Part shown: positions 20,424 through 29,507 of the stretch, in pieces
Layout of the letters: every line of letters starts with the position of its first letter
Position numbering within the stretch: the first letter of the stretch is position 1
From: Candidatus Omnitrophota bacterium
GTDB lineage: Bacteria > Omnitrophota > Gorgyraeia > Zapsychrales > Fredricksoniimonadaceae
DNA: 64,000 bases
Direction of reading: 5' to 3'
Assembly (NCBI GenBank): GCA_015233335.1
Contig: JADFXX010000010.1
Location: 4,560 to 68,559, forward strand
Program-made: the position numbers and the translations under genes
Notes under the pieces: model-generated
Seen by the model: only the letters and a program-made list of their open reading frames with translations
The model's database searches: none
Told to the model about the DNA's origin: nothing

Positions 20424-21109
20424 ACCCTGCGATCATGGAAAATTCCCTGCAAGGGATTATGGTGGTCAATAAACCTGAGGGGATCACGTCTCATGACGTG
20501 GTAGCTTTTGTCCGTCGTAAATTTAAGATGCGCCGCGTGGGGCATGCAGGCACGCTCGACCCCATGGCCACGGGTGTGCTGGTACTATTACTTGGGAAAT
20601 CAACCCGGCTTTTTGATAAATTCGTCGCTTTTGATAAAACTTACAGAGCGACCTTACGATTAGGCGTCAAAACAACAACAGCAGATATTATGGGGCAGGT
20701 GCTGCTTGAAAGGCCTTATACCGAAGTTGATGAGGCAAAGATCAAGGATGTTTTTGTGCGTTTTACCGGTGAGATTGAGCAGATGCCTCCGATGGTATCC
20801 GCGGTCAAGCATAAGGGGGAGCGTTTGTATAAGATCGCACGCCAGGGCAGGGAGGTGGAGCGTCAGGCGCGTCGTGTACGTATCGATGAATTAAGGATTT
20901 TGCGCTGCCGCCTGCCGGATGTGGAATTTTTAATGAGCTGCTCTAAAGGCACCTATGTGCGCCAATTAGCCGAAGATGTGGGTGAAGTATTAGGCTGTGG
21001 CGCGTGTATCTCTCAGATCGAACGCACTAAGGTTGGGCCCTTTGAAATTAAAGATGCCGTGATTCTGGAAAATCTTAATGAAAGTCATATCCTTAAATGG
21101 CCGCTCTAA
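20420..21109 (+). CDS. truB: tRNA pseudouridine(55) synthase
   Basis: GHAGTLDPMATGVLVLLLG catalytic motif. The ATG at 20420 forms an ATGA overlap with the nrnA stop; the ORF-track start at 20396 is a TTG. Confidence 0.9.
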   Translation: MNPAIMENSLQGIMVVNKPEGITSHDVVAFVRRKFKMRRVGHAGTLDPMATGVLVLLLGKSTRLFDKFVAFDKTYRATLRLGVKTTTADIMGQVLLERPYTEVDEAKIKDVFVRFTGEIEQMPPMVSAVKHKGERLYKIARQGREVERQARRVRIDELRILRCRLPDVEFLMSCSKGTYVRQLAEDVGEVLGCGACISQIERTKVGPFEIKDAVILENLNESHILKWPL

Positions 21110-22031
21110 ACTGCACTTAAGAAATACCTGTGCGGCTATCGGTATTTTTGACGGAGTCCATCGCGGGCATCAATATTTGATTAAACAGATGCTCTTGGCA
21201 GCGCACCGTTTGAAGGCCCAGCCGATGGTGCTTACTTTTTTCCCTCATCCCGTCCATGTGCTGGTTCCCAACGTGAAATTAGGGTATTTATCCTCGTTGG
21301 CAGACAGGTTTCGTCTACTGGGTGAATTGGGGGTCAGGGTTTGTGTCGTTGTACGTTTTAATCCCAGCTTTGCCCGTATCCAACCGCAGAAATTCATCAA
21401 GGATATTTTGGTTAAGAAACTAGGCGTCAAAGCCGTGTTTGTCGGTTCTGATTTCCGTTTCGGTCGGGATAGAACCGGGGATATTTCCTTGTTGCAGGCG
21501 ATGGGGAGTCAATACGGCTATGAAACACATGCGGTCGATGAGCTTAAAGGGGCAGGGGAGACTATTAGCTCAACGCGTATCCGCAAGTTATTGGGTGAGG
21601 CTCGATTAAATGAAGCCGCAAGGCTCTTGGGACGGGAAGTAACTGTTTCAGGGACTGTCATTCAGGGGGCTATGCGCGGCAGGACCTTGGGTTATCCGAC
21701 GGCGAATATCGCTTATGAAGCCCAGATCCTTCCACCTAAAGGAGTTTATGTAGTCAGAGTCTTGTTAGGTAAGAAAAAATATCCAGCCATAGCCAACATA
21801 GGCACGCGGCCTTCGTTTGATAGAAAAAATACCAAAGTGTATCTGGAAGTTCATATTCTTGATTTTTCAAGAAATATTTATGGTTGTTGTTTAGAAGTGG
21901 AGTTTTTTAAGAAAATCCGCGATGAAAAATCATTTACCAGTCCTCAGGATCTCGTCCGTCAAATTCAAAAGGATGAGGCAAAAACCCGCAGGTACAAGCG
22001 ATCAAGTAGTTTTCTAAACACGCCCTCCTGA
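21078..22031 (+). CDS. ribF: Bifunctional riboflavin kinase / FAD synthetase
   Basis: GIFDGVHRGHQYLI (FAD synthetase domain) and GYPTANI (riboflavin kinase domain). Confidence 0.9.
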   Translation: MKVISLNGRSKLHLRNTCAAIGIFDGVHRGHQYLIKQMLLAAHRLKAQPMVLTFFPHPVHVLVPNVKLGYLSSLADRFRLLGELGVRVCVVVRFNPSFARIQPQKFIKDILVKKLGVKAVFVGSDFRFGRDRTGDISLLQAMGSQYGYETHAVDELKGAGETISSTRIRKLLGEARLNEAARLLGREVTVSGTVIQGAMRGRTLGYPTANIAYEAQILPPKGVYVVRVLLGKKKYPAIANIGTRPSFDRKNTKVYLEVHILDFSRNIYGCCLEVEFFKKIRDEKSFTSPQDLVRQIQKDEAKTRRYKRSSSFLNTPS

Positions 22032-22032
22032 G

Positions 22033-22060
22033 CTTGAAATCGGCTATTTATATGGCATAC
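22033..22060 (+). promoter_or_regulatory. Promoter-like block of paralog 3, sharing the TATTTATAT(T/G)GCATACTT core
   Basis: TTGAAA (22033-22038), 16-nt spacer, CATACT (22055-22060). The core ctatttatatggcatacttga matches the blocks at 5571-5590 and 8616-8635. Confidence 0.4.
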
Positions 22061-22093
22061 TTGAGGAGGGGAGAATAAATCTCTTTAATATTT

Positions 22094-25000
22094 ATGTATA
22101 ATAAATTTCGTAAAACTGTTGCTTTAATTACGGCTACGGCGTTTTTGCTAACAACGTTAGTGCCTGTGCTTGCCTATGCGCAAATGACTGTGCCATCAAA
22201 CATGCCCTGGATGCCCACACCCGGAGAGCGGGTATTATTGAGCTTTAAATTTACCCCATCGCATTTAGTGGGCATTACCATACATCCTGACAATGCTTTA
22301 CAGTTTGATTTTTTGATCCACAAAGGAGACGGGGAAGCCGCTGAAGATCAAAAACAGGATGACTATAAGAAGTTAATTAAATATTTTTTGGCCTCGTTGA
22401 CTGTGCCAGATAGTGAGCAATGGGTGAATCTCTCTCCTTATGAAAATGATCGGATCATTTCAGGAGATTTTGGCAAGACCGAGATGGGGCGTGATCTTTT
22501 AGCCCAGGACTATATTTTAAAACAGATCACCTCTTCTTTGATGTATCCCGAGGAAGATTTGGGTAAGAAATTCTGGGATAGAATCTACCAACGGGCTCAG
22601 AAAGCCTATGGGAGGACCGACATACCGGTCAATACTTTTAACAAGGTCTGGATCGTTCCGGATGAGGCCGTTGTGTACGAAAGCGGCAACACAGCCTACA
22701 TTCTTAAAAGTCATATGAAGGTAATGATGGAAGAAGACTATCTATCGTTGGAGAAGCATTCTGCCGTTTCGATTTCTTTAGATGCAAACAGGGTCCACAC
22801 TTTAGCCTCACAAATAGTCAAGGAAATCATACTTCCGGAATTAGAGAAAGAAATCAACGAAGGCAAGAATTTTGCTCCTCTGCGGCAGATTTATAGCGGT
22901 ATGATCCTCGCCGCGTGGTATAAGAAAGCACTGAAAGAGTCCCTACTGGGACAAGTCTACGCAGATAAATCCAGGGTCAAGGGGGTTGATCAGGACCCTC
23001 AAGCCAATGAGGAGATATATCAGCGGTATTTACGGGCATTTAAAAAGGGCGTATTTAATTATATCAAGGAAGACATGGACACCTATACCCAGCAGCCTAT
23101 CCCCAGAAAATATTTTTCCGGAGGATTTGTAGATAATGCCGCGCTGGTTATGAAAGACATTCATGGTTCGTCTGATCTTGCACAACTAACTTTAGCAGAA
23201 CAGAAAAGTCTTGTGGATGCAGCGATCAGAGTTGATCCCACCAGTATAGTTACAGTTAAGGCGGACATAGCCAGCACAACAGACATAGGAGCTTTGGTTC
23301 GTCCAGAGGGAGTGGGTGTGGATCCGCGTTTTGGTCAGATGTTCGATAAGATCAATGCTCTTGTTGATTCAGATTTTCCTCAAAAAAGACGGGCATTGAA
23401 ATTTGTTAGCGAGTTAGGGGTATCCCCAAATACAAGGCATTTAATAGATCTGGTCCCAAAATTATTGGAGAGATTTGACCCTACGGAGAGACTATCTGTG
23501 ATCAAGGGAGTCCTTAAGGCCTATGGAGTTGATGGCTATAGAGAAGTTCCGATTAAAGCGGAAATGCCTTCAACGCCTGTGGTTAGTCTTCTTGAAGGCA
23601 AAAATCTAAGTACAGATTCAGTGCAGCGAGACCCTTCCCGGAGGCTTGTTATATTGGAGTTTAAAACTCCGGTTGATGTCAAAGATGGCAGGCAGTCCGA
23701 CAGAGAATTAATCGGTACGGTATTTAATAAATTTTTGATCGAGATTCCTAAGCCCAAGTTGACGGAACCCATAGAAATAGCGTTAGAGAGAAATGGCATC
23801 AATAAGTTCCTTCCTAACGGTGAGCTTTCAGATGATTTTTATAAGTGGTGGAGGACAATTAAGACGGTGCTCAGCCCCATGTTTAAAGAAGGGAACTCTA
23901 CAAATGAAGGGCTCACGCCCGAACAATGGGCTGAAAGGATATATGCTTATTTGATAGAAATCAAGAAGAATAATATCGAAAAGGGCATAGAAAAAATATT
24001 TGGCATCTATGAAGTCAAACGTATGGTTCCACAAGAGCGCGTTCGTTTACTCCAAAAAGTCTTAGGGATTTTTAATTTTCATATATCTTCACCTGACAGC
24101 CCGAAGATCTCGTTTGTTATTGATTGCAACACCGGCCAGACTATTTCAGCCAAGAAAGAGGGGGCTGGACTTTTCAGGATTAAAGAATGGCCGCATATTG
24201 GCATCGAAGGTAGTAAAAAAGATCTTGAAAAGGCGCAGGAGTATCTTGATATGGCTTCCGGAGATAACTCGATGCTGGCCTCTCAACTTGTCCAAAGTTT
24301 AGAAAGTCAGGCTATGGATCCCAAAGCGTTTAAAGATAGGTTAAGCCAGCTGCCTTCCATTGGGAATACGGAGCCTGATGATGAGAAAACTATTGAAATA
24401 GGTTTAGCCGGTATTGTGCTAAACGGTGTTCAAGAGGTTTCAGAGAGTGCCTTGCGTGTTATTGCCCAACGTTTGTCAGAATATAGCCCTCCGACCGAGG
24501 ATGATAATCTTGTTCCCGTTATTGCTCAAACAGTGATCCCCCATTCTGAAATATTTGTACAGAGGCTGATGTCTCTCCTTCAAAATGAATCACTTGATTG
24601 GGCTCACAGGAAAGCATTAGTTGATATTTTAGGAGATATGGGGGAATTTGCTGACGCTGCAGTTCCTTTGTTAAAGGAATTAGACTCCAGAAATTTGCCC
24701 TTGGATAGGAATCCCAATTACAGTAAATATATCAGAGATATTGTTCTAGCTAAAATCGGGACACTAAGAGCAATAAACCATCTTGTTGATGAATATAGAA
24801 CCTATTTGCCGGGGCTATCCTATAAGCAATTGATGCCGGGTGGAAATAGGACGCCTGAGGATATTAAAGAACTCTTGGCGCGTAAGGAAAATGTACTATT
24901 TGCATTAAAAAATGCAAGCCCGGAAGCGTTACGGTCAAGCGGTTTGATTTTTGAATTAGTAAAAGATGTGGACACAGTACTTGACCGTCTAAATCGTAGT

Positions 25001-25873
25001 CGAGGCTCTGATGAAATTGATCATCAAGTTCAAAATCAATCTCCTTTTGCACACGAGGCTATAGGTGTGATTGGTAGGAGTTTAGGAAGAAAGCGCATTG
25101 TTAAAGAAAATGAAAAGTTGGGGCTTAAGGCCTTAGTGAGATGGGCTAATGATAAAAACACAAGTGGGGGGGGGAAAGAATTGGCTATCACTCAATTATT
25201 TCTTTACGGTTGCGCTTCATTTGACCTAAGTCCGCTGGCACAAATTTCTTCTCTGACGAGAGTTGAGGTTCAGGAAAGATTGTTCTTGGGTTTAGGAAGT
25301 TTTAAAAAGAATAGATCATTGTCAGACGGTCAAATAATCCCGTTTGCCGTATATAATGCCGGTGATTTTAAAAATGATTTGGTGGCTATTGGACAAGGGT
25401 TGAAAGAGGTGACGTCCGAAGAGCCTGCTGTATGGGCGATGAGAAGTTTGGCAAAATTTGGAAAGCCAGAAGACTGGGCTAAGTTTAAGGATAAACTCCA
25501 GCCGAATGAGAAAAAAGGTCTAGATGAGATCGAGAGAGCCGCTGCGGCCCATGAACTTTCAGAGGAGTGGAGACAAGATTTTTCCAGAATAAAAAGAGTT
25601 ATACCGCCAACGCCTGCTTTAAGGGACAAGTCTATGATGAGTGTGGCACAAAACGGCGGTATCGACCTAAATGCTGCCAATTTGGATTTACAAATCAAGC
25701 GCGACGGCCGGGGAGTGCCCCTTCCTTTGGATAAGCAGGATATCAATCAGATAGGCCATATCGAGGGTTTTGTCCCCGTGATCATAGAAATTAAGCCCCT
25801 CACTAATCTGCCTTTTTTAAGTGAACTGCAGCATCAACTCCAGTCTTCCTCTGCATCCTCCGGCGGAGCCTAA
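22094..25873 (+). CDS. Large secreted modular protein, paralog 3 (1259 aa): conserved N module, roughly 840-aa cargo with HEAT-like repeat, conserved GGIDL C module
   Basis: Signal peptide ending LAYAQ. The N module shares long blocks with paralogs 1 and 2 (WVNLSPYE.DRII, TEMGRDLLAQDY.LKQIT, VNTFNKVWIVP, IPRKYFSGG). The centre contains ALVDILGDMGEFADAAVPLLKELD (HEAT-like, about 24612-24690). C module at 25655-25873 (GGIDLNAANLDLQI...GFVPVIIEIKP). Confidence 0.85.
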   Translation: MYNKFRKTVALITATAFLLTTLVPVLAYAQMTVPSNMPWMPTPGERVLLSFKFTPSHLVGITIHPDNALQFDFLIHKGDGEAAEDQKQDDYKKLIKYFLASLTVPDSEQWVNLSPYENDRIISGDFGKTEMGRDLLAQDYILKQITSSLMYPEEDLGKKFWDRIYQRAQKAYGRTDIPVNTFNKVWIVPDEAVVYESGNTAYILKSHMKVMMEEDYLSLEKHSAVSISLDANRVHTLASQIVKEIILPELEKEINEGKNFAPLRQIYSGMILAAWYKKALKESLLGQVYADKSRVKGVDQDPQANEEIYQRYLRAFKKGVFNYIKEDMDTYTQQPIPRKYFSGGFVDNAALVMKDIHGSSDLAQLTLAEQKSLVDAAIRVDPTSIVTVKADIASTTDIGALVRPEGVGVDPRFGQMFDKINALVDSDFPQKRRALKFVSELGVSPNTRHLIDLVPKLLERFDPTERLSVIKGVLKAYGVDGYREVPIKAEMPSTPVVSLLEGKNLSTDSVQRDPSRRLVILEFKTPVDVKDGRQSDRELIGTVFNKFLIEIPKPKLTEPIEIALERNGINKFLPNGELSDDFYKWWRTIKTVLSPMFKEGNSTNEGLTPEQWAERIYAYLIEIKKNNIEKGIEKIFGIYEVKRMVPQERVRLLQKVLGIFNFHISSPDSPKISFVIDCNTGQTISAKKEGAGLFRIKEWPHIGIEGSKKDLEKAQEYLDMASGDNSMLASQLVQSLESQAMDPKAFKDRLSQLPSIGNTEPDDEKTIEIGLAGIVLNGVQEVSESALRVIAQRLSEYSPPTEDDNLVPVIAQTVIPHSEIFVQRLMSLLQNESLDWAHRKALVDILGDMGEFADAAVPLLKELDSRNLPLDRNPNYSKYIRDIVLAKIGTLRAINHLVDEYRTYLPGLSYKQLMPGGNRTPEDIKELLARKENVLFALKNASPEALRSSGLIFELVKDVDTVLDRLNRSRGSDEIDHQVQNQSPFAHEAIGVIGRSLGRKRIVKENEKLGLKALVRWANDKNTSGGGKELAITQLFLYGCASFDLSPLAQISSLTRVEVQERLFLGLGSFKKNRSLSDGQIIPFAVYNAGDFKNDLVAIGQGLKEVTSEEPAVWAMRSLAKFGKPEDWAKFKDKLQPNEKKGLDEIERAAAAHELSEEWRQDFSRIKRVIPPTPALRDKSMMSVAQNGGIDLNAANLDLQIKRDGRGVPLPLDKQDINQIGHIEGFVPVIIEIKPLTNLPFLSELQHQLQSSSASSGGA

Positions 25874-25962
25874 TAAGACTGATAATAAAAAAGGCTTCTT
25901 CGTCGCTGAAAAATGTTCCTGGCAACAAGATCATTTGTATATATTTCTTTATATTTTGTGTA

Positions 25963-25991
25963 TTGACAACTTTAAAAGGCAGGTCTATACT
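25963..25991 (+). promoter_or_regulatory. Sigma70-type promoter of the dcw cluster (Pmra)
   Basis: TTGACA (25963-25968), 17-nt spacer, TATACT (25986-25991), about 40 nt upstream of mraZ. Confidence 0.7.
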
Positions 25992-26000
25992 TTCCATTAA

Positions 26001-26026
26001 GTGGAGCAAAGTGGAGGGAAGTGGAG
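26001..26026 (+). promoter_or_regulatory. Putative MraZ operator: three direct GTGGAG repeats at 10-bp phasing
   Basis: GTGGAG occurs at 26001, 26011 and 26021, between the promoter and the mraZ ATG. This is the same organisation as described MraZ operators, which are direct repeats with a GTGG/TGGG core at 10-bp periodicity. Confidence 0.65.
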
Positions 26027-26029
26027 CTT

Positions 26030-26470
26030 ATGTTTTACGGTGAATACAGCCATGGTATTGACAATAAAGGCCGGTTGATCCTGCCTGCCCGTTTTCGTGA
26101 AGTAGCCCGAGAAAATGGTATTGAAAAATTCTTTGTTACTCGCGGTTTGGATAAATGTATTTTTATGTTCGCGGAAGGTGAATGGCGCATGCAGGAGCAG
26201 CGTTTCAAGAACCTTTCCTTTACTAAAAGTGAGGCGCGTTCATTTAATCGTATGTTCTTTTCCGGAGCTGTTGAAGTGCTTCCGGACAAACAGGGACGTT
26301 TTATTATCCCGCAGTATCTTAAAGATTTTGCCGGTATCAAGAAAGATGCCGTGGTCATAGGAATTTCAAATCGTATAGAAATCTGGGAGACGGCTTCTTG
26401 GCGGGAATTTTTCAGCAAATCTAGCGGAGATTTTGAGAAAACCGCGGAGCACATGCTGGACGTGGATTAA
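26030..26470 (+). CDS. mraZ: Transcriptional regulator MraZ
   Basis: MFYGEYSHGIDNKGRLILPARFR plus a second SpoVT/AbrB-like repeat (DKQGRFIIPQYL). The ATG at 26030 is preferred over the GTG at 26021, which lies inside the third operator repeat. Confidence 0.9.
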   Translation: MFYGEYSHGIDNKGRLILPARFREVARENGIEKFFVTRGLDKCIFMFAEGEWRMQEQRFKNLSFTKSEARSFNRMFFSGAVEVLPDKQGRFIIPQYLKDFAGIKKDAVVIGISNRIEIWETASWREFFSKSSGDFEKTAEHMLDVD

Positions 26471-26472
26471 TC

Positions 26473-27384
26473 ATGCGCAACAGCGATCTGTTCCATATCC
26501 CCGTCATGCCCCAACAAGCCCTTGATTTGCTGCGTTTGCCTCTTGGCGGAGTTGCGGTGGATGGAACATTGGGGCTGGCCGGTCATGCCGTGTTGATGGC
26601 CAAGGCACTTGGGGATAGCGGACATTTGATTGGTATCGACCGCGACAGCGCCTCTTTGGTGATGGCTCAAGAACGATTGGCTTCTCTGAGCTTAAGGGTT
26701 GATTTGTTACAGGGGAGTTTCAGTACGCTCGATCGGATCTTGACTTCACTCAAAGTCGGCGCTGTTGATGGAATTTTATTGGATCTTGGGATCTCAAGTT
26801 TTCAACTGGATGATGAGGGGCGCGGTTTTGCGTTTAGGCTTGACGGTCCTCTAGACATGAGGATGGATGTAAGTTTCCAAGGCGTTTCAGCAGCGGATCT
26901 AGTTAACACATTAAAAGAAGCCCAGCTGGAAAAAATTATTAGTGACTACGGGGAAGAGCGTTTCGCCAGGCGGATTGCCGCGGCGATCGTGATGCACAGA
27001 GCCCGTACGAAGATTACTACAACTCAAAAGTTGGCGGATATTATTTTACGCGCCTTGCCTCATGGCTACACACGTGGGCGTATTCATCCGGCGACCCGTA
27101 CATTTCAAGCTTTGCGAATTGCGGTTAACGAAGAACTGGAAACTTTGGAGCGGGGCTTGGAGGTGTGTTTCAAATCGCTTCATAGCAAAGGACGATTGTG
27201 TGTGATTTCATTCCATTCGCTGGAAGATCGTATCGTAAAGAATAAATTTCGGTTTTGGGGTGGGGAAAAGACAGGTACTATTTTGACAAAAAAACCATGG
27301 GTTGCGGATGATGAGGAGTGTAAGGGTAATCCTCGTAGCCGCAGCGCTAAAATGCGCGCCATTGAAAAGAGCCTTCCAAAATGA
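26473..27384 (+). CDS. rsmH: 16S rRNA (cytosine1402-N4)-methyltransferase
   Basis: HIPVM, DGTLGLAGH, LLDLGISSFQLD and FHSLEDRIVK motifs. Holds the second position of the dcw cluster. Confidence 0.95.
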   Translation: MRNSDLFHIPVMPQQALDLLRLPLGGVAVDGTLGLAGHAVLMAKALGDSGHLIGIDRDSASLVMAQERLASLSLRVDLLQGSFSTLDRILTSLKVGAVDGILLDLGISSFQLDDEGRGFAFRLDGPLDMRMDVSFQGVSAADLVNTLKEAQLEKIISDYGEERFARRIAAAIVMHRARTKITTTQKLADIILRALPHGYTRGRIHPATRTFQALRIAVNEELETLERGLEVCFKSLHSKGRLCVISFHSLEDRIVKNKFRFWGGEKTGTILTKKPWVADDEECKGNPRSRSAKMRAIEKSLPK

Positions 27385-27764
27385 GTTTAAAAGTATATTT
27401 TAAAGTTGCAAGTTTTGTCACTATAACGGCATTGTTGTATATTCATATGCAGATGAAGATCTTTGAATTATCCTATAACGGTAAGGATAAAGAAAAGATC
27501 ATCCATGAGTTAGCGGACACCAACGGAAGCCTAACCCATCAGATTCTGACACTTAAATCCGCCAATAATCTGGGCAATCAACTTTTGGAAAAAGAAAACA
27601 GCTTGCAGTTTATGAGCCGTGAGAGTGTGATGACAGTGGTCACAACTGCGGCGGGTGGTATGCATAAGCCCCTGCCGCCTAAGGCCCGTGTTGAAAATCC
27701 GGTATGGAATTTATTTTCTTTCCTAGGGATTCAGGAAGCCAAGGCCTGGGACCAAAATAACTAA
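27381..27764 (+). CDS. ftsL: Cell division protein FtsL-like (small bitopic membrane protein)
   Basis: 127 aa with one N-terminal TM helix followed by a coiled-coil-like region. Lies between rsmH and ftsI. The call rests on position and topology only. Confidence 0.55.
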   Translation: MSLKVYFKVASFVTITALLYIHMQMKIFELSYNGKDKEKIIHELADTNGSLTHQILTLKSANNLGNQLLEKENSLQFMSRESVMTVVTTAAGGMHKPLPPKARVENPVWNLFSFLGIQEAKAWDQNN

Positions 27765-27785
27765 ATAGTATAGACAGAGGCTAAA

Positions 27786-29495
27786 TTGTACCTGCGCAAG
27801 TATCCCCTTCGGTTTGCAGTGGTGTCCATATTTTTGTTCGTAGGGTTTGTATATTCTATTGGTTTTTTGATCTTTATTCAGATCTTTCGTTCTGCATTCT
27901 TAAGTCATCTTGCCCAGCGGCAGCACGAACATTCCATTATTCTTGAACCGAAACGCGGGACTATTTATGACCGCAATTGGAGAGCATTGGCGATCAACTT
28001 ACCGGTTTATTCCGTTTATGCCAATGCGCGTGCTATGCGTCAGCAGCATGATATAGATGTTGCGATAGAGAAATTATCCGGTATCCTTAAGATCGAAGCA
28101 AAGCAGATCCGGGAGAAACTGGATAAAGACAAATATTTTGTTTGGATTGCCCGTAAGATGCCGGAAGAGATCTATCGTCAGATCAGGGATTTAAAATTGC
28201 AGGGCATCAGCTTTATCAAAGAAAGCAAACGTTTTTATCCTAACCAGAGTTTGGCCGCGCATTTGGTCGGTTTTGCCGGGATGGATAATAATGGTTTGGA
28301 TGGACTTGAGCGTGATTACGATAAGTATCTCAAAGGACAGCCGGGGCGTGCGATTATTTTACGTGATGCGCGTCAGAGGGAATTGATGTTTGACAAGGGT
28401 TATGCTGCGCCCGTAGATGGCATGAGTGTCGTCCTGACTATTGACGAAACAATCCAATTTATTGCAGAGCGGGCTCTCGATCGCATGTATAAGAAATACA
28501 ATGCCAAGGGTGCAAGCATTATCGTGATGAATCCTAAAACCGGAGAAATATTGGCTTTTGCAAACCGTCCTACCTATAATTTGGAAGAAGCCTCTAAAAG
28601 CACGCCGGAGTCACGTACTAATCGCGCGATCGTTTTTACGTATGAACCTGGTTCAGTCTTTAAAATTGTGACCGCCTCGGCCGCTTTACAGGAAGGCGTT
28701 ATTAAAGAGAGCGATATGATCAATTGTGAGCATGGCGCCTATCGTGTGGCGAACCATATTTTGCATGACCATGAACCTTTAGGTACGATTTCTTTTAAGC
28801 AGGTCATTGAACAGTCCAGTAATATCGGGACAACCAAGGTGGCCCAGCGTCTAGGGCCGCAGAGGGTCTACAACTACGCCCATCATTTTCGTTTTGGCAT
28901 GAGGACCGGCATTGATTTGCCGGGGGAAGCCCGCGGAATGTTAAAACTTCCAAGCCAATGGTCTAAAACTTCGATTGGAGCTGTTCCCATAGGGCAGGAG
29001 GTGACTGTGACCCCGATACAATTGCTTGGGGCTATTTCTGCGATTGCCAACGATGGGGTTTATATGCGTCCTTATGTGGTTAAGTATGTTAAGGATAGTC
29101 AAGGTCAGATTATTAGTCAGAACACTCCGCATATTTTAGACAAGGTCATTTCTAAAGTGACGTCTAAGCGTATGAAGGCTATTTTACGCGGCGTGGTTGA
29201 AGAGGGGACCGGCACTAAAGCGGCCATCCCTGGAATTAGCGTTGCGGGAAAGACTGGAACAGCGCAAAAGGTCGTTAGTGGCACCTATTCACATGCGCAT
29301 TTTTATGCAACTTTTGTCGGGTTTGCTCCTGTAGAAAACCCTCAGCTGGCGGCAGTCGTTGTTTTCGATGAGCCTCATCCTGCATATTACGGGGGAACGG
29401 TAGCGGCACCAGTTTTTTCTGAGGTTGTTGGCGATTCCTTAAAATACCTTAATGCCGGGCAGATACCTTCAAGTGACGATGATGGATCAGGATAA
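27786..29495 (+). CDS. ftsI: Class B penicillin-binding protein (peptidoglycan D,D-transpeptidase FtsI)
   Basis: TM anchor, PBP dimerisation domain, and transpeptidase motifs SVFK (SxxK), SSN and KTGT. TTG start at 27786. Confidence 0.9.
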   Translation: MYLRKYPLRFAVVSIFLFVGFVYSIGFLIFIQIFRSAFLSHLAQRQHEHSIILEPKRGTIYDRNWRALAINLPVYSVYANARAMRQQHDIDVAIEKLSGILKIEAKQIREKLDKDKYFVWIARKMPEEIYRQIRDLKLQGISFIKESKRFYPNQSLAAHLVGFAGMDNNGLDGLERDYDKYLKGQPGRAIILRDARQRELMFDKGYAAPVDGMSVVLTIDETIQFIAERALDRMYKKYNAKGASIIVMNPKTGEILAFANRPTYNLEEASKSTPESRTNRAIVFTYEPGSVFKIVTASAALQEGVIKESDMINCEHGAYRVANHILHDHEPLGTISFKQVIEQSSNIGTTKVAQRLGPQRVYNYAHHFRFGMRTGIDLPGEARGMLKLPSQWSKTSIGAVPIGQEVTVTPIQLLGAISAIANDGVYMRPYVVKYVKDSQGQIISQNTPHILDKVISKVTSKRMKAILRGVVEEGTGTKAAIPGISVAGKTGTAQKVVSGTYSHAHFYATFVGFAPVENPQLAAVVVFDEPHPAYYGGTVAAPVFSEVVGDSLKYLNAGQIPSSDDDGSG

Positions 29496-29507
29496 AGAGA
29501 AAGATTT

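Noticed and set aside
26035-26454. 139-aa minus-strand ORF and 81-aa + ORF overlapping mraZ; also the GTG start at 26021
   Set aside because: mraZ is unambiguous on the + strand and the others are shadow ORFs. The GTG at 26021 lies inside the third operator repeat, whereas the ATG at 26030 gives the canonical MFxGEY N-terminus.
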